Part shown: piece after piece, positions 59,503-64,000 of the stretch
Layout: each line of letters starts with the position of its first letter
How positions within the stretch are numbered: the stretch's first letter is position 1
Origin: a virus
Taxonomy: Duplodnaviria; Caudoviricetes
IMG/VR virus record: IMGVR_UViG_3300021387_001464
Location: 1 to 64,000 of that record
Reading direction: 5' to 3' (one strand)
Length of the DNA stretch: 64,000 nt
The notes under the pieces: generated by a model
The model's input: the letters and a program-made list of their open reading frames with translations, nothing else
What the model was told of the DNA's origin: nothing
Database searches by the model: none
Position numbers and translations under genes: made by a program

Positions 59503-60017
59503 ATGGGAGAAGAACTGATACCTGCCGGACTTGGCAAGCTATACATTGCGCCTGCTGGCGACATGAACCCCGAGCACTTGCATCCCATTGAACTGTACAG
59601 CGTGGCAATCGACTTAGGCGACGGAGAAAGCTATGCCAGCGAAAGCACATGGGGCAACAACGGCGGCAAGGGGTACTGCATCACGGGTACGCTGAAGCTG
59701 GAAAATAACAAGGAAACACGGAAAGCCTGCAAAAGTTGATGCGCGGACAAGGCCGACTTCCCCGCAAGGAAAAGAAGCGTATGCGTAACAGCATCATGCG
59801 GAACAAGCGGGCACTCATCTTCGTGCTCATCGCCACGATGATGGACTACGGCACTGCATTCAACGATGCCGCCGCTTTCATATTCGCAGGCAGACCGAGG
59901 ACAACCGACTGCGAAGATCACTCCATCATGCAGATTAACAATGCAGAGTGGCACGCGGTCGATACCCTCGTCCGCCATCTCTATAAGCATCGCGGCACAA
60001 TGCTGAAAAGGCTGTGA
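59503..60017 (+). CDS. hypothetical protein(s): 59503-59739 and 59736-60017, possibly one gene split by a 1-nt loss in an A run
   Basis: One extra A at ~59731 gives ..ACKKLMRGQG.. Confidence 0.55.
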
Positions 60018-60116
60018 CAACGCAATCGCAATTTGTTCCCAGAGGTGTAAATCCGTTCAATCCGTGTAATCCGTGGTCAAAAATTCTCAAAAAACATCAA
60101 AAAAACAATAGGCGAT

Positions 60117-60503
60117 ATGAACAAATTCCAAAAGGGCGATATGGAAGAAATACAGGATGCTTGCAGCGAGGGCAAGGAATTTTACTTAGACAGCCCTGAT
60201 AGTGACCGTAGGGCGTTCTTCAAGTTTGGAGGAACGACTTATTTCATTACGCGGGATGGCAAGGTGCTCTCATCGCGAGGCGACGGGTATCGCGAGCACG
60301 AGATTGCGCAGTATAATGGCAAGGGTTATCGTCGTGTACGGCTACGTGGCAAGACATTCAAGGTTCACCGCCTGGTGGCCGAGGCATTCGTGCCCAACCC
60401 TGACAACTTGCCCTATGTGCTGCACATTGACGGGGACCGCGAGAATAACATCTGTAGAAACCTGGAGTGGTCCGCAAAGCAGAGCAACCACCATGGGAAG
60501 TGA
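60117..60503 (+). CDS. HNH (HNH_3/NUMOD4-type) endonuclease
   Basis: VHRLVAEAFVPNP..V.HIDGDRENN...NLEW. Confidence 0.9.
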   Translation: MNKFQKGDMEEIQDACSEGKEFYLDSPDSDRRAFFKFGGTTYFITRDGKVLSSRGDGYREHEIAQYNGKGYRRVRLRGKTFKVHRLVAEAFVPNPDNLPYVLHIDGDRENNICRNLEWSAKQSNHHGK

Positions 60504-60575
60504 AAAGTGAAAAGTGAAAAGTGAAAAATTTCTTGCTTAGGCAAGCGTACTAAAGAAACGATTAGCTACCGCCGT

Positions 60576-60730
60576 ATGAGTTATGTCGATAAACCCATCA
60601 TCCTTGGCAGGTACAGCCCGAGTCAGAATGGCATAGTGGTAAGCCCACGCGGACCCGCACTCTGCCTTGCAGGGGGGGTAACGGACACGATACGGACAAG
60701 CCGAAAATACTGATAGAACATGAATTGTAA
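60576..60730 (+). CDS. TRD-like mini-gene 1, frameshifted (G7; G8 restores)
   Basis: MSYVDKPIILGRYSPSQNGIVVSPRGPALCLAGG|GNGHDTDKPKILIEHEL*. Confidence 0.7.
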
Positions 60731-60863
60731 AACAATGCTATTGAATCCACAGGGGGGGGTATGCCGCACCATCAAGTCACAGTATTACAAAAGCAGCGTG
60801 GCGAATTTCCTGCTGCAGACCACCAGAGGAGCAACGGCAGTATTGATAGAATATGAACTATAA
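60720..60863 (+). CDS. TRD-like mini-gene 2, in frame (G8)
   Basis: MNCKTMLLNPQGGVCRTIKSQYYKSSVANFLLQTTRGATAVLIEYEL*. Confidence 0.75.
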   Translation: MNCKTMLLNPQGGVCRTIKSQYYKSSVANFLLQTTRGATAVLIEYEL

Positions 60864-61078
60864 GCGCATACCGAAGCCAGCGAACCTGCGAGACCATACA
60901 CCGAGTATGGCCGAAGCATTGCCCTATATGATAGAGGCGTGCGGTTTGAGGGGGGGGGTGTTTGTTCGACTATCGCCACTTTGTGTACGACACCATCGAC
61001 GGATGCTACCCGTTCCCAGTGACCACAAGGATTCATGCCAGTAATCAGATTTGGCTATGCAAAGAAATAGAACTTTAA
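60853..61078 (+). CDS. TRD-like mini-gene 3, frameshifted (G9; G8 restores)
   Basis: ..ACGLRGG|CLFDYRHFVYDTIDGCYPFPVTTRIHASNQIWLCKEIEL*. Confidence 0.6.
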
Positions 61079-61092
61079 AACAAGATAAAAGA

Positions 61093-62598
61093 ATGATTGC
61101 AAAAGTTTATCCAGATGGGCATCCTGACTTGCAAGGCAAGAAGGACCCGACGCACCCAGTGCGCTATTTCGACATCCGTAAACTCACTCCACGCAAGTGC
61201 TATTCACTGATGGGCGTGCCGCCGCAGCAGATCGACACGCTGATGAAAACCGAAAAGAAACCATATATGGCATGGGTGGGCGTAGATGCCGAACTGGCTG
61301 TGTTCGGACTGGAGCCGAGTGCCACGCGCCGCGAGGTCGATGAAGCATATCGCGAGGCTATCGAGAGTCTAAGAAGACCCACCCCCGACCCCTCCCTGGG
61401 CGAGGGAGGGGAGTGTGAAGACCCCGACAGACCCACCCCCATGCACCTCCCTGCTGAGGGAGGGGAGTGTGAAGAGCCTGAAATGAGCGAAGAGGAGGTG
61501 GCCCTGATGCGTGAGAACTACGATATGAACTACCAGCGCATCATCGCTGCCAGCCAGGAGCAGCGTTACGGTGACGTGCAGATTATTGCCAACTCGTCGC
61601 ATTACAAGCTGGCGGGTAACTCCATCGTCTGCGACGTGCTGATGTATATCTACGAGGAACTGATGTACCCGACGGGCCGCCGACTGCCGCAGGAGCAGAC
61701 CGACCTGTTCGCCCAGCCGCAGTTCCGGCTGACCCGAAACTGGAAGAAAGAGCCGCTGAAGTTGGTAACACTTTGCAGCGGCTACGACTCGCAGGCAATC
61801 GCTATGGATATGCTGCAACAGCGCTATCCGGACTTCCGATGGGAACTGAAGGCATGGAGCGAGTTCGACCCCGAGAGCAGCCGGCCACTGGAAGAGCAGC
61901 CCGCCGTGGTGGCCCATAATCTGCTGTTCCCACAATACAAGGATTTGAACCGTGGCGACATGACCAAGGCCGACTGGAGCGACCTCGCCGATGCAGGTAT
62001 CGACCTGCTGACATATAGTACTCCGTGTCAGTCCATCTCACAGGCTGGCAAGCGAGAGGGTATCAAGAAAGGTAGTGGCACTCGCAGCGCCGTGCTGTGG
62101 AGCACCGAGATGGCGGTAGAGCATCTGCGACCGAAGGTGCTATTGCAGGAGAATGTGCGGGCGCTTATCAACAGCGTGAACATGCCCGACTTCCGCGAGT
62201 GGTGCAGCCTGCTGGAGAGCTACGGCTACGTGAACTTCCTCGCGCCATCGTTCCCGACGGTCTGGGGCACCGACAAGCGCGACAAGAAGACCGTGCCGGG
62301 CATCCTGAACGCCAAGCATTATGGTGTGCCACAGAACCGCGAGCGGGTGTATATGGTCTCCATTCGTGCCGACCTGCTCGGTGGCACGCAGTATGAGTTT
62401 CCCCGTCCTTTCCCGCTCGACAAGTGCATTGCCGATGTGCTGGAGGATAATGTCGATGAGCGTTTCTTCCTGAAGCCCGACTCGGTAATCAAGTTCCTCA
62501 CAGTGAATGAATCGACTGACAGTAACGATATACACTATACGGTAACGGACCACAAACTCTCCGATGAAGAAATCGCCAAGATTCGTAGTGGAAAGTAG
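61093..62598 (+). CDS. circularly permuted DNA (cytosine-5) methyltransferase lacking an internal TRD
   Basis: Motif order IX (IRKLTPR..LMG), X (YKLAGNSI), I (LCSGYD), IV (TPCQ), VI (QENV), VIII (PQNRERVY), then a short tail. Confidence 0.9.
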   Translation: MIAKVYPDGHPDLQGKKDPTHPVRYFDIRKLTPRKCYSLMGVPPQQIDTLMKTEKKPYMAWVGVDAELAVFGLEPSATRREVDEAYREAIESLRRPTPDPSLGEGGECEDPDRPTPMHLPAEGGECEEPEMSEEEVALMRENYDMNYQRIIAASQEQRYGDVQIIANSSHYKLAGNSIVCDVLMYIYEELMYPTGRRLPQEQTDLFAQPQFRLTRNWKKEPLKLVTLCSGYDSQAIAMDMLQQRYPDFRWELKAWSEFDPESSRPLEEQPAVVAHNLLFPQYKDLNRGDMTKADWSDLADAGIDLLTYSTPCQSISQAGKREGIKKGSGTRSAVLWSTEMAVEHLRPKVLLQENVRALINSVNMPDFREWCSLLESYGYVNFLAPSFPTVWGTDKRDKKTVPGILNAKHYGVPQNRERVYMVSIRADLLGGTQYEFPRPFPLDKCIADVLEDNVDERFFLKPDSVIKFLTVNESTDSNDIHYTVTDHKLSDEEIAKIRSGK

Positions 62599-62784
62599 TG
62601 CTGTGCTGCGGGGCGTGCGGACAGAGCACGCCCGTGCAGTACGCCGTATCTACGGTGACAGGGGGGGTACTGCCACTTCTCGGACCGCAACTACCTGCCT
62701 GCTACCGATGGCTGCAGCAACACCATCACTGGCGTACAGAAGGACAACCTATTGATAGTTGAATATGAATATAAAGAGTGTTAA
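62564..62784 (+). CDS. TRD-like mini-gene 4, frameshifted (G7; G8 restores)
   Basis: ..VRTEHARAVRRIYGDRGG|YCHFSDRNYLPATDGCSNTITGVQKDNLLIVEYEYKEC*. Confidence 0.75.
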
Positions 62785-62908
62785 GCCCTACGACGATTAC
62801 AATTCTACCCCCCCCCGACGCGATGGTGTCATTGGCACCGTTACAAGGCAAATTGGAACATCAGCACCAAGGAACGGCTGGAAAATATTGATAGAGTATG
62901 AAATATAA
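62765..62908 (+). CDS. TRD-like mini-gene 5, in frame (C9)
   Basis: MNIKSVKPYDDYNSTPPRRDGVIGTVTRQIGTSAPRNGWKILIEYEI*. Confidence 0.75.
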   Translation: MNIKSVKPYDDYNSTPPRRDGVIGTVTRQIGTSAPRNGWKILIEYEI

Positions 62909-63062
62909 CAGGATATTGCAAATAGGCAACCTTACTGAAGGTGCAGGCAGAAACAACCCGCAGCGCAGAAGGCTCTACTCGCCCTATGGCATTGCACCAA
63001 CGGTGTACGGCTATCAAGGCGGTGGCAATTTGCAACCCTTGGTATTGATAGAGTATGAGTAG
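62898..63062 (+). CDS. TRD-like mini-gene 6, no homopolymer
   Basis: MKYNRILQIGNLTEGAGRNNPQRRRLYSPYGIAPTVYGYQGGGNLQPLVLIEYE*. Confidence 0.8.
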   Translation: MKYNRILQIGNLTEGAGRNNPQRRRLYSPYGIAPTVYGYQGGGNLQPLVLIEYE

Positions 63063-63255
63063 CGTTACCCCCATATTGCGGCAAGTCCCTGTTCGGCGAG
63101 TGCGGACGGAATGGGCAAAGGCCATCCGACGAGAGACGGGCACCAACCCGTTTCAAGCCAAACAACTGGAGGAGTTTGTGTCGGACTACATGCCTACCAT
63201 CACCGCCAGTGCAAACATCGAGAACTACATAAAGGTAGAGTATGATATTGATTAA
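63055..63255 (+). CDS. TRD-like mini-gene 7, no long homopolymer
   Basis: ..VRTEWAKAIRRETG..MPTITASANIENYIKVEYDID*. Confidence 0.75.
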   Translation: MSSVTPILRQVPVRRVRTEWAKAIRRETGTNPFQAKQLEEFVSDYMPTITASANIENYIKVEYDID

Positions 63256-63424
63256 AGAAACGATGCCCAACGAAGACCGCTTCCCTGTCCGTATCTCAGC
63301 AAGTCGTGGCAGGGGGGGGCAAAGACCGTTCCATCAGGTCATTGAACTCGGATCGTCGCAAGCCACAAACACCATCACATCAGTACAAAAAGATAATCTG
63401 GTATGGATAGAGCGAGATATTTAG
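63242..63424 (+). CDS. TRD-like mini-gene 8, in frame (G8)
   Basis: ..SASRGRGGQRPFHQVIELGSSQATNTITSVQKDNLVWIERDI*. Confidence 0.8.
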   Translation: MILIKETMPNEDRFPVRISASRGRGGQRPFHQVIELGSSQATNTITSVQKDNLVWIERDI

Positions 63425-63556
63425 TTGGCGTACATCCGTTCTCTCACGCTTTGGAGTGTGAGGGCAAAATATGGGGGGGGGCAAATCAGTCCTGCCCTGC
63501 GGAGTACGGATTATAAATGTCCTCATTGTGTATTGATTGAGTATGAAGGAGTTTAA
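63403..63556 (+). CDS. TRD-like mini-gene 9, frameshifted (G9; G8 restores)
   Basis: MDRARYLVGVHPFSHALECEGKIWGG|QISPALRSTDYKCPHCVLIEYEGV*. Confidence 0.75.
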
Positions 63557-63723
63557 GTTTATTGGATGGACACGGCTCGGCAGTGGAAAAGGTGACGTAT
63601 CAAAGTATCATCTGCGCCACTACTGTAACGCCATAACCTCGTTTGCAGGGGGGGGGTATTGGCAAGGATTCGCAGACTGGAATGTATAACACCACACCGT
63701 ATGTATTGATAGAATATGAGTAA
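63543..63723 (+). CDS. TRD-like mini-gene 10, frameshifted (G9; G8 restores)
   Basis: MKEFKFIGWTR..YCNAITSFAGG|GIGKDSQTGMYNTTPYVLIEYE*. Confidence 0.75.
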
Positions 63724-63911
63724 AGAAAAGAAAGTTCGCCGATGCGACAACATTGCAGGGAAGTGGATGCCCGATGGCTCTATCCGCTTCTACCAAATGA
63801 ACGAGCGGAAAGGCGGTGTGCCCGAACTTGTCAACGGCTACGCTGGGGGGGGTCATGCCCTGTATCATAGCAGGCCATGAGCATTATGTTATTGTAGATT
63901 ATGACCTATGA
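63716..63911 (+). CDS. TRD-like mini-gene 11, frameshifted (G8; G7 or G10 restores)
   Basis: MSKEKKVRR..PDGSIRFYQ..GYAGG|VMPCIIAGHEHYVIVDYDL*. Confidence 0.65.
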
Positions 63912-64000
63912 GTAACGTCAAGCATTATCCAACCGACGGGCGACCGTTTCTCTCCACCGCTTTGAGGGGGGGGCAGTTCGTGCTGCAAGTTCGACAAGCC
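63908..64000 (+). CDS. TRD-like mini-gene 12, open through G8, truncated by the window end
   Basis: MSNVKHYPTDGRPFLSTALRGGQFVLQVRQA... Confidence 0.6.
   Translation, partial: MSNVKHYPTDGRPFLSTALRGGQFVLQVRQA

Noticed and set aside
59725-59740. A4 junction (and the 20929 junction) as programmed frameshifts
   Set aside because: There is no slippery heptamer or stimulatory structure. They may be indel errors, which is a caution for homopolymer lengths elsewhere.
60576-64000. TRD array as a diversity-generating retroelement or invertible shufflon
   Set aside because: I saw no reverse transcriptase, no TR/VR pair, no inverted cassettes and no adjacent invertase in the window; all cassettes are co-oriented.
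62564-64000. TRD array as one decayed multispecific MTase pseudogene
   Set aside because: Each unit has its own ATG and stop at a stereotyped junction, and frameshifts occur only at G/C tracts. This is too regular for random decay, though it cannot be formally excluded.

Overview
The window looks like part of a large temperate Bacteroidales (Prevotella-like) phage or phage-plasmid, apparently in its excised form. Host assignment rests on TAnnTTTG promoters, Bacteroidetes HU-like and DUF4494-like genes, and heptamer/nonamer microrepeats. From left to right: (1) 0.6-14 kb, an AT-richer 'early/leading' region of short co-oriented genes separated by repeated intergenic motifs, with an M28-type peptidase and a DdrB-like ParB-fold protein; (2) 14-20 kb, HTH and HU-like genes, an M15 endolysin, a portal-like gene and a DUF6712-like gene; (3) 25-28 kb, a plasmid-type ParA/partner/Rep module with iterons; (4) 29-32 kb, an adenine/N4C methyltransferase, a tyrosine integrase, an intact attP carrying the 3' half of tRNA-His, and a repressor; (5) 32-60 kb, a long rightward operon (SF2 helicase, HNH, radical SAM, replication initiator, DnaC-like ATPase, DnaN, Tad2-like) plus two candidate structured RNAs. 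The most striking feature is at 60.5-64 kb. A circularly permuted C5-cytosine methyltransferase with no internal target-recognition domain (TRD) sits inside an array of at least 12 overlapping ~47-75 aa mini-genes that resemble free-standing TRDs. Ten of the 12 carry a G7-G9/C9 homopolymer that sets the reading frame; overall 6 are in frame and 6 out of frame here. I interpret this as a candidate split, combinatorially phase-variable methylation-specificity system. Family names come from motif recognition by eye, not from searches.
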